Source: Spirochaetia bacterium (lineage in GTDB: Bacteria; Spirochaetota; Spirochaetia; SZUA-6; Bin103). Taken from it: a stretch of DNA of 64,000 nt. The DNA is taken from the NCBI GenBank assembly GCA_965203905.1, contig CBDBDQ010000005.1, positions 3,744,001-3,808,000 on the forward strand, given 5' to 3'. Made by a program: the position numbers and the translations under genes. This document shows positions 19,290-30,273 of this stretch, one piece after another. Under the pieces are notes generated by a model that saw nothing but the letters and a program-made list of their open reading frames with translations, searched no databases and had not been told where the DNA came from. How positions within the stretch are numbered: the stretch's first letter is position 1; each line of letters begins with the position of its first letter.

Positions 19290-20782
19290 ACACCGCCCCT
19301 ATCGTTTCGAGAGTCTGGAGCTTCTGCACCACGCTGCGCGATGACGGAGTGAGCTATGGGGACTACCTGGAGCAGCTCACCTATCTGATCTTCCTCAAGA
19401 TGGCGGACGAGTACGGCAAGCCGCCTTACCACCGCGACGTAGGCATTCCTCCCGCATATGACTGGCGGAGCCTGAAGACGAAGCGGGGCGCGGAACTCGA
19501 AGGCCACTACGTCACACTGCTGCGCGAACTTGGCACCCGGCGCGGCATGCTGGGGCAGATCTTCACCAAGGCGCAGAACAAGATTCAGGATCCGGCGAAG
19601 CTCTACCGCCTCATCGACATGGTGGACGACACCGACTGGGTCACGCTCGACGCCGACGTCAAGGGCGACATCTACGAGGGGCTGCTAGAGAAGAACGCCG
19701 AGGACACCAAGTCGGGCGCGGGCCAGTACTTCACGCCGCGCGCCCTGATCCGTGCCATGGTCGAGTGCGTGCGGCCGGAGCCGGACAAGCGCATCGCGGA
19801 CCCCGCGTGCGGCACCGGCGGGTTCTTCCTTGGCGCCTACGACTTCATCACCAACGAGGCCAAATTTACGCTCGACCGGGAGCAGAAGGCGTTTCTCAAG
19901 CACGGCACCTTCCAGGGCAACGAGATCGTCGCCAACACCCGGCGCCTATGCCTGATGAACCTGTTCCTGCACAACATCGGCGAAATCGACGGCGGCGCGC
20001 CCATCTCGTCGAACGACTCGCTGGTCGCCGACGATGGTGAGCGCTACGACTACGTGCTCGCGAATCCGCCGTTCGGCAGGAAGAGCGCCCTGAGCTTCAC
20101 GAACGAGGAGGGCGAGCAGGAGACTGACGACCTGACCTACAATCGGCAGGACTTCTGGGCCACCACGTCAAACAAACAGCTCAACTTTGTGCAGCACATC
20201 CGTACCATGCTCAAGACCACCGGCCGCGCCGCCGTCGTGGTGCCGGACAACGTGCTGTTCGAAGGCGGCGCAGGCGAGACGATCCGCCGGAAGCTGCTCG
20301 ACACCACCGACCTGCACACCATCCTGCGCCTGCCGACCGGCGTGTTCTACGCCCAGGGCGTAAAGGCCAACGTGATCTTCTTCGACAATCGCGAAGCCAG
20401 CCCCGACCCCTGGACCAAGCGGGTCTGGTACTATGACTACCGCACGAACATCCACCACACGCTGAAGAAGAAGCCGATGCGCTTTGAGGACCTGGCGGAC
20501 TTCATCAAGTGCTACAACCCGCAGAACCGACACGAGCGCACGGCGACCTGGGACGAGAACACCGCACCGGACGGACGCTGGCGCAGCTACGCCTACGAGG
20601 ACATCATTGCCCGCGACAAGACCAGCCTCGACATCGTCTGGCTTAAGGACAAGAGCCTTATCGACCTGCATAACCTGCCAGAGCCCGAAGACTTGGCCGC
20701 CGAGATCATAGAGAACCTCGAATCCGGCTTGGAGAGCTTCCGCAGGGTTTTCGAACGTCTCGACCATCGGAAGATTGAGTAG
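19286..20782 (+). CDS. hsdM: Type I R-M N6-adenine methyltransferase
   Basis: GQYFTPR, DPACGTGGF, NPPF. Confidence 0.96.
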   Translation: MNTAPIVSRVWSFCTTLRDDGVSYGDYLEQLTYLIFLKMADEYGKPPYHRDVGIPPAYDWRSLKTKRGAELEGHYVTLLRELGTRRGMLGQIFTKAQNKIQDPAKLYRLIDMVDDTDWVTLDADVKGDIYEGLLEKNAEDTKSGAGQYFTPRALIRAMVECVRPEPDKRIADPACGTGGFFLGAYDFITNEAKFTLDREQKAFLKHGTFQGNEIVANTRRLCLMNLFLHNIGEIDGGAPISSNDSLVADDGERYDYVLANPPFGRKSALSFTNEEGEQETDDLTYNRQDFWATTSNKQLNFVQHIRTMLKTTGRAAVVVPDNVLFEGGAGETIRRKLLDTTDLHTILRLPTGVFYAQGVKANVIFFDNREASPDPWTKRVWYYDYRTNIHHTLKKKPMRFEDLADFIKCYNPQNRHERTATWDENTAPDGRWRSYAYEDIIARDKTSLDIVWLKDKSLIDLHNLPEPEDLAAEIIENLESGLESFRRVFERLDHRKIE

Positions 20783-21046
20783 GAAGATTGCAATGGTCAG
20801 AACAGAGAATGTACTATCCTCGTGCCCTAGAACCGAAACACAGTTGCAGGCCTAACAAGCATCCTGCAGATCCTAAGTAATGTGATTTTATACCAAATAC
20901 CGAGCTACAGTCGTTGTTTTGTTGGACTAAGAATCTCAACCGAAGTTACCGCAATCGACCTGATGCAACGGCAATGGAATCACGAGCATATCATCACTAG
21001 AACGGTACGTACCATGCCGGCCCCTCCGAGCTTCGCAACAGTCCCA

Positions 21047-24000
21047 TCATGACCCAAGTATAAACCGTCGAATTGCTAGTAGGACCATCTCTTCTTCGTC
21101 ATGTATGTGCCCGACACTATCAGACCGTAGCCACTGTCTCCTTGTATCGACTACCCACGATCTGAGATCATCGTCCGTAGCGGCTTGAATTGACATAGGA
21201 AATCTCCGTGAAAGTAGTCGAGACGCTCGTCGAAGTCGAACGCCAAAGCGATACCAAGCAAGCGTCTCAGGCGAATCACAGCCATACTTGATGCACATTG
21301 GCAAACACGAGAGCGATAGTGGCACCACTCCGTTACGGTGTTGCTCGACCACAGCAAGAAGTCCGCCTGCAATCACCGCTAAGGACGACCAAGTTTCGCC
21401 TACAATGGACAACGCTTTGGGTAGGGGTTTCCCTGGACCTCGATCGCTAGAAATCGTATCGCTTGAGCATCCGCAAATGATTGCGGCGATATCCACGATG
21501 GGGTGACCTTTCATCCACGCTCGAAGGGGCGCTAATGAAGTAGACCACGCGAGTCTCCAAGCGTCAAGTTGCTCAGGTCGAAGTTCATCCGCAAGGAAGA
21601 CGCCATCATCTAATTTGGCGAACTCCTCGGAGATGTTTTTCAAACGTTCCTTTGGGATGTGACGAGAGAGATGTAGTGGAGGTATTTCGTGTACAATCTG
21701 TACAAGGATATCTACCCATTGTAACACTGAAAGAGACCCTATGGATTCCGAGAACTCTTCATGTCTAGACATCCATGTCCGTCCAATCGACAGAATCACA
21801 AAAAAATCCAGTCCCGCGCGTTGGGCGGCTACTTTAAGCCAACTCGGTGATCGAGTTTCTTCCATGAACTGTTCACCAATGGCTACCACATTACGAGCAT
21901 CTTCCGGCGTCACAGCAGAGAAATCCGCGCGGGACCTAAGATAAGCAGCGAAAGTGTTGTTTAGGACAACGTGGGGCTCGAGTTCAGAGTGATCGTCGCC
22001 TCCTATCAACGACATCACCTGTAGATCGAGGGCACTTGCCGTTCTGGTAGTCAGAGAGTGTTCGCACACCTGATCGAGAAAGCCGCGGAGGCCGCTTTCG
22101 ACGGAAATGCAAGCGTCGGTCTTCTGAAGGTAATCAGTACTGCGTCGCGCTTGTAGGACATCGTCGAAATCTTGGAAGTGAATGGGTTTGTCAGGAATGG
22201 CTATCACGACTCCTTGATTCGCGAAACCAGCGCGTCCGGCTCGCCCTGCGGCGTTTAGGAGCTGTGACAATCGCCGTTTCTGTGCTTCGACGGTATTTTG
22301 TTCACGGGGATCTCCGATACGTGTGCCGGCGATGACCACTGCAATCGCGGGTAAATTGAGTCCTTGAGCAAGCGTGCCGGTTGCATACATAAGCGGGCAA
22401 TATGACGTACGAAACGCAGCCTCAGATCCGATTTTCTCAGTCTCAAGCATAATTGATGTATGGACAGCTATTCCTCGAGTCAGTAATTCGAAAACCATCG
22501 ATGTATGCCCGAGTTCGTATTCTGACAATGTCTTACAAATAGTAACGATTGGGGTCGATTGGGGTCGATTCTCTACTACGTGCTGAGGTAGCTGAAGCTT
22601 CCTCGCGTTCACAAACGGATAATGTCTGTTGGCCGGCGTGAACACAAGCGTTTGAATCCCGCCATTTATGAAAGTCGATGCGATGGCGGTGGCTGTCCCG
22701 TTTACCCAGCTCTTAGATTCAATCTTATAATTCCACGGACGGTTAGAGAGACGGGATCGTACCATCGCGAGCGGGGCCGTACAGTCGATTGGTATAACAG
22801 CATAGTCAGGCTCATCGGTTGAATTCCAGGCACCGCGGAGGCTTACGGCAAGAGCACATGCGGGATTGAAGTCCAGTCTCTTGCGTCGTTTTGGCATGAG
22901 TGATAACCGCTGTTCTGCATCCTTTGCTGTTCGAATTAGTGAATTATAATCTACGCCAAGAACGGTACGAAGACTCCGGGTAGGACGCCACTTGATCTCA
23001 ATAGAGGTGCCACTCCCTTGAGTGGCTGTAGACAACCATTCCACAAGAGATGCAGGATTCTGGACTAACGCGGACATGAGAAGGAATCGTGCCGAAGAGA
23101 TGCAGATTAGCTGACCAAGGAGTATTTCTGCCAAGGGTCCGCGATATTCGGTATCACCGAGGAGATGGCACTCGTCAAAGACAACAAGCCGACAGTTGGA
23201 AAAAGCATGGGGAGATATGCGCACAGCCAACGCACACTTCTCAGGGGTCATGACTGCGACTGAATTGACTGGCATTTCGTTTACGCGGTCGTTCGAGAGG
23301 ACGGAATACTCGCGGTCACCAATAAATGCATAGACGCTCGTGCCAAGCGCCGCTAGTCCGTCCCTGAGGTCACCACGTACCTGCTCTGCGAGAGCGTTAG
23401 TTGGCGTGAGGTAGAGTGCCCAACCATTAGCGATCGCCTGCGATACAGCGAGCTCCGCGATGAACGACTTGCCACTGCCGGTTGGCATGGATACGACTAC
23501 ATGGCGAGAATCACCAACCACCGCTTTCTCGATATAGCTGAGAGCCGAAGGCCACAGCACCGCCCGACTACCCGTGCCCTCGTCCCCTATCGCCCGCGCC
23601 TGTAGGTAGTGTGAATACAGGTTTGGCTCCCACTCTGGTGGACGTGGAACAACGTGAACGAGAGCGCGTTGGCCTATGTCCGGCGCACAGAGCCGGAGAA
23701 GCCTACAGAGGTGATGAATCCGCGAAAACTCGGAGCCCGTAAGTGACGTGGAACCGTCCGAACTAACGAGCGCCTCAATCATGTCGTCGAGGAGCTCAAT
23801 CGGAAACACCTCCGATGATGCGCCATTTGTAAGCCAATCGGTGAACTGTCGAACAATGTCTGCGAGCATCCTATAGAGTCGCACGATGGTGTCAGTCGTT
23901 AGCCCCGCAACCGATTCGTACTGTACAAACTCATTATCGGATGGTGTCACGATTTCGACGGGTTGGTACAGCTCAAGTCTACATAGCCGCTCAAGCGCAC

Positions 24001-24489
24001 GGAAGCAGTAGTCAGCCGCCATAGCCACCGAGTTATCCATCACCTGTACGTTGCGAGGTCCGTACGAAAGAACGCCACGAGCACAGGAATCGTAACGTGC
24101 ATACAAGTAGAGCAATCCAGACTCTATCCGCGCAAACCGCTCCATAAAGCCGATTGAGCCGCGAGTCTCGTTGTCAGAATCTGACGAAACTTCTACGGCA
24201 GCAATAAAGTCCGCCATAAGGGCGATTGCCTCAGAGGCTACAAATGCAGCGGCACGTCTGTCGGGATTTGATCGTTCTTCGCGTAACACGATGTGAAATA
24301 TTAGCGTATTCGCTATACGGCGAAGATGAGGTTGAGTCTGCGCTAATTCTTCAGAAGAAACAGAACCGTTGACACGGAGTCGAAGGATAGTAAGGTATGC
24401 TCTTGAGAGTACACGAGAAGAGAAATCGACAGAAACCCATCAAACTCGGGCACATCGTCGAATAGCTCTCGCGCATATTCGTCGAACAC
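21047..24489 (-). CDS. Ski2-like DEAD/DEAH helicase (Hachiman HamB-like), frameshift near 24435
   Basis: MPTGSGKS, DECH, MSA, TGTLAQGLNLPA, GRAGRAG; N-terminus MFDEYARELFDDVPEFDG (GTG 24489) is in a different frame from the body; low GC. Confidence 0.8.
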
Positions 24490-24506
24490 TTCGTCTTATC
24501 AAATAC

Positions 24507-25433
24507 CTACGAGACGTAGCGCCTCATATAGTCGCAAATGACGTCGAGCTTATCCCGTGCGCGGACTAGCGATAGAGGATATAGATACTTCCTGCGAATT
24601 GGTACGTCTAGACGTCCCAGTGATTCGCGTGGATTTCCCCACTGTATAGCATCGGATTGATCGCAGAACACAAACGGAAGGTATGTGCGTTCTTGGCGCC
24701 AGAATGCTCCGGCTAAGCGGGATCTGAACTCACCATTGAGAGATTCGGAAAGATGACCTACTGCAGCACGTATATCAGTATCGCGTTGATTCTCGTCGCA
24801 CTCATGAAACACTCTTGATGCATCGCCTATTGCACGGAGAGGGTCGTGTAGATATGCTTTGCATTCGCCTGTGGTCACACCGAGAAGCAAATCGGCAGGA
24901 TTCTGGTAGATGGCGACAAGATCGAGGCCGTGTTCGTGTACGTCGTGCTTGATGGTACTCTTTGCGAGTATCTGACCGGGAGGATGAAATCCATTCTGGG
25001 AACGTGCGAGGTGGATGAACATGTGGCTGATTGCTTCCCACATCCAGGGATTGCGTTGTGTTGTGATGTACTGCGTGCCTGAATCCGGTGTGCCTATTAC
25101 GGACCGTACATCCCGCTCAAGATCAGCGGTGAGGCTGTGTTCGTCGAATAGTGCTGCGCGAATACGTAAATTGCACTCTATACAGGATGCAATCGCGGCA
25201 ACTAGGTAGACCGCGGTAGCTTCCAATGTCGAGTCGTCACCAAAACCCGTTATCGCTATTACGGAATGTGTGCTGCAGGGAGATGTGCTGACTGATAACC
25301 TTTCGCTGAGCGAAATCAGCGCAGTGGTCGTGTCATTGTGTATAGCGTGCGGGCCAGCGTACTCGAGACGCTCTACTGCAGCGGAAACGGACATCGGGTC
25401 GCTTGTGGTGATGGGGATCAATCGGGGCCTCAA
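24507..25433 (-). CDS. Putative PD-(D/E)xK nuclease (HamA/DUF1837-like)
   Basis: WEAISH...HGLDLVAIY...GECKAY (E..D..ExK); immediately upstream of the helicase; low GC. Confidence 0.65.
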   Translation of the reverse strand: MRPRLIPITTSDPMSVSAAVERLEYAGPHAIHNDTTTALISLSERLSVSTSPCSTHSVIAITGFGDDSTLEATAVYLVAAIASCIECNLRIRAALFDEHSLTADLERDVRSVIGTPDSGTQYITTQRNPWMWEAISHMFIHLARSQNGFHPPGQILAKSTIKHDVHEHGLDLVAIYQNPADLLLGVTTGECKAYLHDPLRAIGDASRVFHECDENQRDTDIRAAVGHLSESLNGEFRSRLAGAFWRQERTYLPFVFCDQSDAIQWGNPRESLGRLDVPIRRKYLYPLSLVRARDKLDVICDYMRRYVS

Positions 25434-25445
25434 ATGTAGGTATAT

Positions 25446-25474
25446 ACTGTACGCTCAGAGGGGTTGGCTGTCAA
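25446..25474 (-). promoter_or_regulatory. Sigma70-type promoter of the nuclease-helicase operon
   Basis: TTGACA-17 nt-TACAGT on minus strand, 12 nt before the TTG start. Confidence 0.7.
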
Positions 25475-26386
25475 GGAAAATGTGCTTAGACGCCATCGGG
25501 AGGTGTGGGTACTCGAGGCTTCAGCTCGCGGAGAGATAGGCGGCTTGGAAGAGGAGGAACGCAGAACAACCGACGGCGCGATGATGTTCCGGGGTACTCT
25601 CAAGAGTGGGTAGGAGCGGCCATGTTGGAGGAGTAGGTCAAGGGTGCCCGAAGTCCTGCAAGGTGCCAAGCATCACACGCCGCGGGCGGACGTGTAGGGC
25701 ATTGTAATGCAACCGGGTGGCTGCCCATGAGGATACTGGAGCTCACGGTTGGCAGGCCGTTAGTATCGGGATCTGCCCAGCAAAGAGTCCGGCCGTGATG
25801 TAGTTGGGGCTGAACAGTCCGAACTCTGGTCGTCAGATGCATGGCTGTGACTGGCCCGACGCTCGTTCAACCAGCTGATGTTCGGGGCGAGCGGAGCGGT
25901 GGACAGATCGAGTATCGGCCGAGCTGCCCACAGTATCAAGTACACCACCATGGGCTCGCGTGTGACCGGGCGCGTCGCCCAGCTACCTGCGGGTCGACAG
26001 CGAGGCCCGCGAACCACGGTTCTGGAGGCTCCAGAGTGCTTCGGCCGCGTATCACGCGAAGTAGTATGTAGCAATTGGACACTAGGTCGGGCGGCGCCGC
26101 GGCCACCACCTTCTGGTGGTTCTTCGACAGCGGTAGGCGCTGGCGCTCCAATGCGATCAAGGGCAAACGCCTCTTCGATAGTCTCGAACCAATCGTTGCG
26201 GGCTTCCCGCTTGGAATCTTCGCTGTCGGTGTGCAACAGGACGATGTTCCCCTCGGGTTCCGGCAGCGGCTCCTCTCCGGCCTTTTAGTAGGCAGCCGAC
26301 GGCGCGGCCAGACGGCCGTCGCACCAAGCAGAATCACTGCTGCGATCCAGTTACGTTTCGTGGGATTCGGTTGTAGGCTGGCGCGG

Positions 26387-28654
26387 ATGGGGCGTCAATC
26401 CACTTGGCCGCACGACGGCCCGCGCGCGACCGGCTCGGTGAGCCATACTCTGCCCGCGGACGTCGAGGCCGGGAGCTGGCAGGAGTTCGTGCTCACTTAT
26501 ACTGCGGGCTACTTCGGCGTCGACGATACCGGGAGCATCAAGGTCTGCTGGCGCTACGCGGCCGACCTCGGCACGCCGCAGTTCGAGGACCCGGCGGCGG
26601 CGCACTACGTGAGCGCGCGGGCATCGAACGGTGCGGCGCTGGCACTGCGCTACGACCCAAAAGACAACGTACGGCCCTGGGGCCGAACGCTGCAGGTCAA
26701 GGTACTGAACGGCTTTTTGAGGGAGGGCGACCGTATCGAGGTGCGCTTCGGCGACCGTTCGGGCGACGGCCCCGGCATCCGCATGCAGACGTTCTGCGAG
26801 TCGACCTTCGAGCTGAGAGTTCTGGTCGACCCGATAGCCACCTATCGCTTCCAGCAGGTGGAGGGGGTGCGCACGGTCGCGATCGTGCCGGGGCCGCCAG
26901 CGCGTTGGTGCGCGCTGCTGCCGACGGCGGGCATGCCGGGAAGGTCGTTCCGTCTGCTGGCGAAGGCGGAGGATCGCCGGGGCAACCCCACGGCCGAGGA
27001 GCCGGCCCGTTTCCGCCTGCGACCGAGCCGTCCGGTGTGCGGGCTGCCCGACACGGTCCAAGTCGGCGGCGGGCAGCGCGCCGTCTGCCTCGACGGGCTG
27101 ACGGTCGACGCGCCGGGCGACCTGGCGATCGCCTTCAAGCCGGAGCGCGCGGGGGCCGGCGTTCCATTCCGCTCCAACACCATGGTGGTCAAGCCCAGCC
27201 TCCAGCGGCACCGCTACTGGGGCGACCTGCACGGACAATCCGAGGAGACCATCGGCTCCGGCTCGGCGGAGGAGTACTTCAGCTTCGCCCGCGAACTGGC
27301 CGGATTGGACTTCGCCGGCCACCAGGGCAACGACTTTCAGATCACGGGTGCGTTCTGGGAGCACCTGCAGCGGCTCACCCGGGAGGCGAATGAACCGGGA
27401 CGGTTCGTGGTGTTTCCGGGTTACGAGTGGTCCGGCAACACCGCGCTGGGCGGCGACCGCAACGTGCTGTTCCTGAGCGAGGGGCAGCAGATCCACCGCA
27501 GCAGCCATGCCCTGGTCGACGATCCCGACCGCGACACCGACCGCACCCACGTCACCGACCTGTTCGCGACGCTGCGCGGCCGGCCGGCACTGCTCATTCC
27601 GCACGTCGGCGGTCGCTATTCGGACGTGCGCTTTCACGACCGGATGCAGCGTTCGGTCGAGGTGCACTCCGCCTGGGGCACCTTCGAGTGGCTGCTCGGC
27701 GACGCGCTGGCGCGCGGTCAGCGGGTGGGCATCGTGTGCAACAGCGACGGCCACAAGGGCCGGCCGGGCGCCAGCTACCCCGGCGCCTCCGAGTTCGGCT
27801 CCTACGGCGGGCTGACCTGCATCCTGGCGCCGGAGCTGACCCGAGCCGGGCTCTGGGACGCGCTGGTCCGCCGCCATCACTACGGCACAACCGGCGCGCG
27901 CATCCACCTGGAGGTGCAGGCGGCGGTGGACGGGGTGCGCCTGGACGACGACCCACGCAGCGGCGCGGTGGAGCACACCGCAGTGCGCAACGCGGTCATG
28001 GGAGACATCGTTGCGACCGAGGCCGCGGAGCTGGAGCTGGCGATCTCGGTACGCGGCACGGCGCCGCTGCTCAGTGTCGAAGTCCGCAACGGCATGCGCC
28101 CGGTGCAGACCCTGCGCACCTACGGCACCGGCGATCTGGGACGGCGCCTGCGGCTACGCTGGGCCGGAGCCGCGGTGCGCGGCCGCGGCCGGCAGGTGGC
28201 CTGGGACGGGACGCTGACCATGGGCGGCAACCGCATCGAACACATCGCAGCCTTCAACTTCCTCAACCCGGACCGCCAACCGGAGTTGGCCGCGGCCGGC
28301 TCGGTGACATGGCGCTCGACCACCACCGGCGGCGCGGCCGGCATCGACTGCTGGCTGGCCGACGACGGGGGCCGGGCGCGGGTCAACACGAAGCCGTTGA
28401 CCTGCGAGCAGGATCTGGAGGAGTTGGGACTCGACGAACGGATCGTGCCCGCCGGTGGGCTGGGTATGGAAATGGGCTTCTCCCGGCTCCCCGACGAGCT
28501 GACCGCATGCTCACTCGATGTCACGATCCGCGTCCCGTTGCGGCGCGATGGAGATGACCCGATCTACGTGCGCGTCGTGCAGGAGGATGGCCACATCGCC
28601 TGGTCATCGCCGATCTACGCCGTCCGGCCGGCTCAGGCGAGATTGAGGGATTGA
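26387..28654 (+). CDS. DUF3604 domain (PHP-like metallohydrolase) protein
   Basis: YWGDLHGQSEETIG, GYEWSGNT..GGDRNV, SDGHKGRPG, AWSSPI. Confidence 0.85.
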   Translation: MGRQSTWPHDGPRATGSVSHTLPADVEAGSWQEFVLTYTAGYFGVDDTGSIKVCWRYAADLGTPQFEDPAAAHYVSARASNGAALALRYDPKDNVRPWGRTLQVKVLNGFLREGDRIEVRFGDRSGDGPGIRMQTFCESTFELRVLVDPIATYRFQQVEGVRTVAIVPGPPARWCALLPTAGMPGRSFRLLAKAEDRRGNPTAEEPARFRLRPSRPVCGLPDTVQVGGGQRAVCLDGLTVDAPGDLAIAFKPERAGAGVPFRSNTMVVKPSLQRHRYWGDLHGQSEETIGSGSAEEYFSFARELAGLDFAGHQGNDFQITGAFWEHLQRLTREANEPGRFVVFPGYEWSGNTALGGDRNVLFLSEGQQIHRSSHALVDDPDRDTDRTHVTDLFATLRGRPALLIPHVGGRYSDVRFHDRMQRSVEVHSAWGTFEWLLGDALARGQRVGIVCNSDGHKGRPGASYPGASEFGSYGGLTCILAPELTRAGLWDALVRRHHYGTTGARIHLEVQAAVDGVRLDDDPRSGAVEHTAVRNAVMGDIVATEAAELELAISVRGTAPLLSVEVRNGMRPVQTLRTYGTGDLGRRLRLRWAGAAVRGRGRQVAWDGTLTMGGNRIEHIAAFNFLNPDRQPELAAAGSVTWRSTTTGGAAGIDCWLADDGGRARVNTKPLTCEQDLEELGLDERIVPAGGLGMEMGFSRLPDELTACSLDVTIRVPLRRDGDDPIYVRVVQEDGHIAWSSPIYAVRPAQARLRD

Positions 28655-28935
28655 AGGTACGTGACGAGCAAATGAACTTCGGTAGACGGATCATCTCGTC
28701 GGGTTTCTGAAGCGTCCGACCGGGCGCGTGCGGCGTTGGTCTTCGCGGTTTCGAGACGATCTTGCAAGTCCGCGAACACTCCTGCCATGCCTTTCGTGTA
28801 GCTCGACAGGTGCTGCAGAAGCTCCCTCACGCAATTCGCAACCTGACTGCTTGAGCTTCCTGAGATGCCGTCAGGAAGTGAGCATGCTCGTCCCGATCGA
28901 ACACGCAATACACCGCGTCGTAGGGTTCGCCGCAG
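28633..28935 (-). pseudogene. rloB: RloB remnant (multiple deletions)
   Basis: Fragments PYDAVYCVFDRDEH and ...YTKG...DPSTEVHLLV lie in different frames, downstream of the AAA ATPase. Confidence 0.75.
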
Positions 28936-30144
28936 ATTGCGGGCGTCGCGATCGGCGGACGTAAGGAAGTGCTCCGAAGCGACCGGCCCGATACGCCCGT
29001 TCCAGGTCCTCGTCGCTACGGCGCATCCGGAAGTCGCTAACGGGAAAGACACTCGTTTCCAGGCGCTCGTCACGGCTGCAGAGCCAGATCTGATCACGCC
29101 GTAGCAGGTCTTGGGTCATTATCGACGTGTCGTGGGTCGAGTAGATGAGCTGTGCCCCAAAGGGGCTCGCTGCCGGATCATGGAATTGAGCGACCAGGAA
29201 CCGGACCAGTTCAGGATGCAGATTATCGTGCAGTTCGTCCAGCACGATGACGTTCCCGCGGGTCAACGAGTCAACCCAGGGACCCGCCAACGCGAACATC
29301 TTCCGAGTCCCGTCAGATTCCTCGGAGATGTCTATTTCGGCGGGCTCTCCACCCTCCGGTTGATGCTGCACGAGCACGTCCACAGGGGTGGCGTCGGTCT
29401 GCTTGCTGCCGATTTCCTCGTCCGCGACCGACGGATCTCTCTGCACAATCCGTATGTCAGAAATCGCAAGATCGGATGCGGCGAGAAAGTCCACGACGTC
29501 TGACCGGTCACGCTCATCGCAGTATTTCGTCGTGTACTCCGGGTTCACTTCACGGTACCCGACTACCACTCTGAGACGTTCGCGGAACCAGTTGAAGAGG
29601 GGGAGCAGTTGCGCGCTGTTGAGCGCGACGGCAGTCGATAGAAACAGGGCCTGAGGGCGAGTGGCTCGCCTCCAGACCTGGCGGTCCCCCGTGAGCTTCC
29701 CACCGAGCGTCCACTGGGACGTCCCGGGCGCCACCCCGCGGCTTCTCTCGAACCAAACCTGCATCCGGCCTCGTGGCCAGGAGTAGAGCCACTCATCGAT
29801 CACCTCATGACGAGTGGCGGAGAAGCCGTACTGGTAACGCACGTTGTCCGCAATACAGATCACTTCGAACCATGATGGTTGGTTAAGGCACGCGGGATCG
29901 AATCGGAATGGGGTGACCGGAAGCTCGTCAAGGTTGTCCGAGGAATTCACCACGATATCGTGCATCGCGCTGAGACCTCGCAGCAGATTGGTCTTGCCCG
30001 ACGCGTTGGCCCCGTAAATCGCGGCTGAACGCAGGAGGCGAATCGGTTAGAGTCCTCAAGCCTCTTGTCGGCACTGGCCACGAGGCTGAGGCGCATTTCT
30101 TCCTTGATTGACCGGTAATTGCCGAGGGCGAACTCAACCAGCAC
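28871..30144 (-). pseudogene. RloA/AbiEii-like AAA_21 ATPase, frameshifted near 30045
   Basis: MLVEFALGNYRSIKE then frame change to AAIYGANASGKTNL; ESDGTRK, LDELHDNLHP, STHD, GRFGALP. Confidence 0.85.
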
Positions 30145-30273
30145 TTGACGACCGTGCGGTGTACATCGATTGAGCAGCGATCAGGGGCCGCCGCGGGGCT
30201 GCAGTCGCCATGAGCGAGATGCTACCGCTCCCGGGGATTGCATTCAACGGCAGGAACCCGGTACACCCAGGCG

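Noticed and set aside
20783-21046. AT-rich spacer between hsdM and the helicase as a possible ncRNA or att site
   Set aside because: No repeat, tRNA fragment or convincing hairpin seen.
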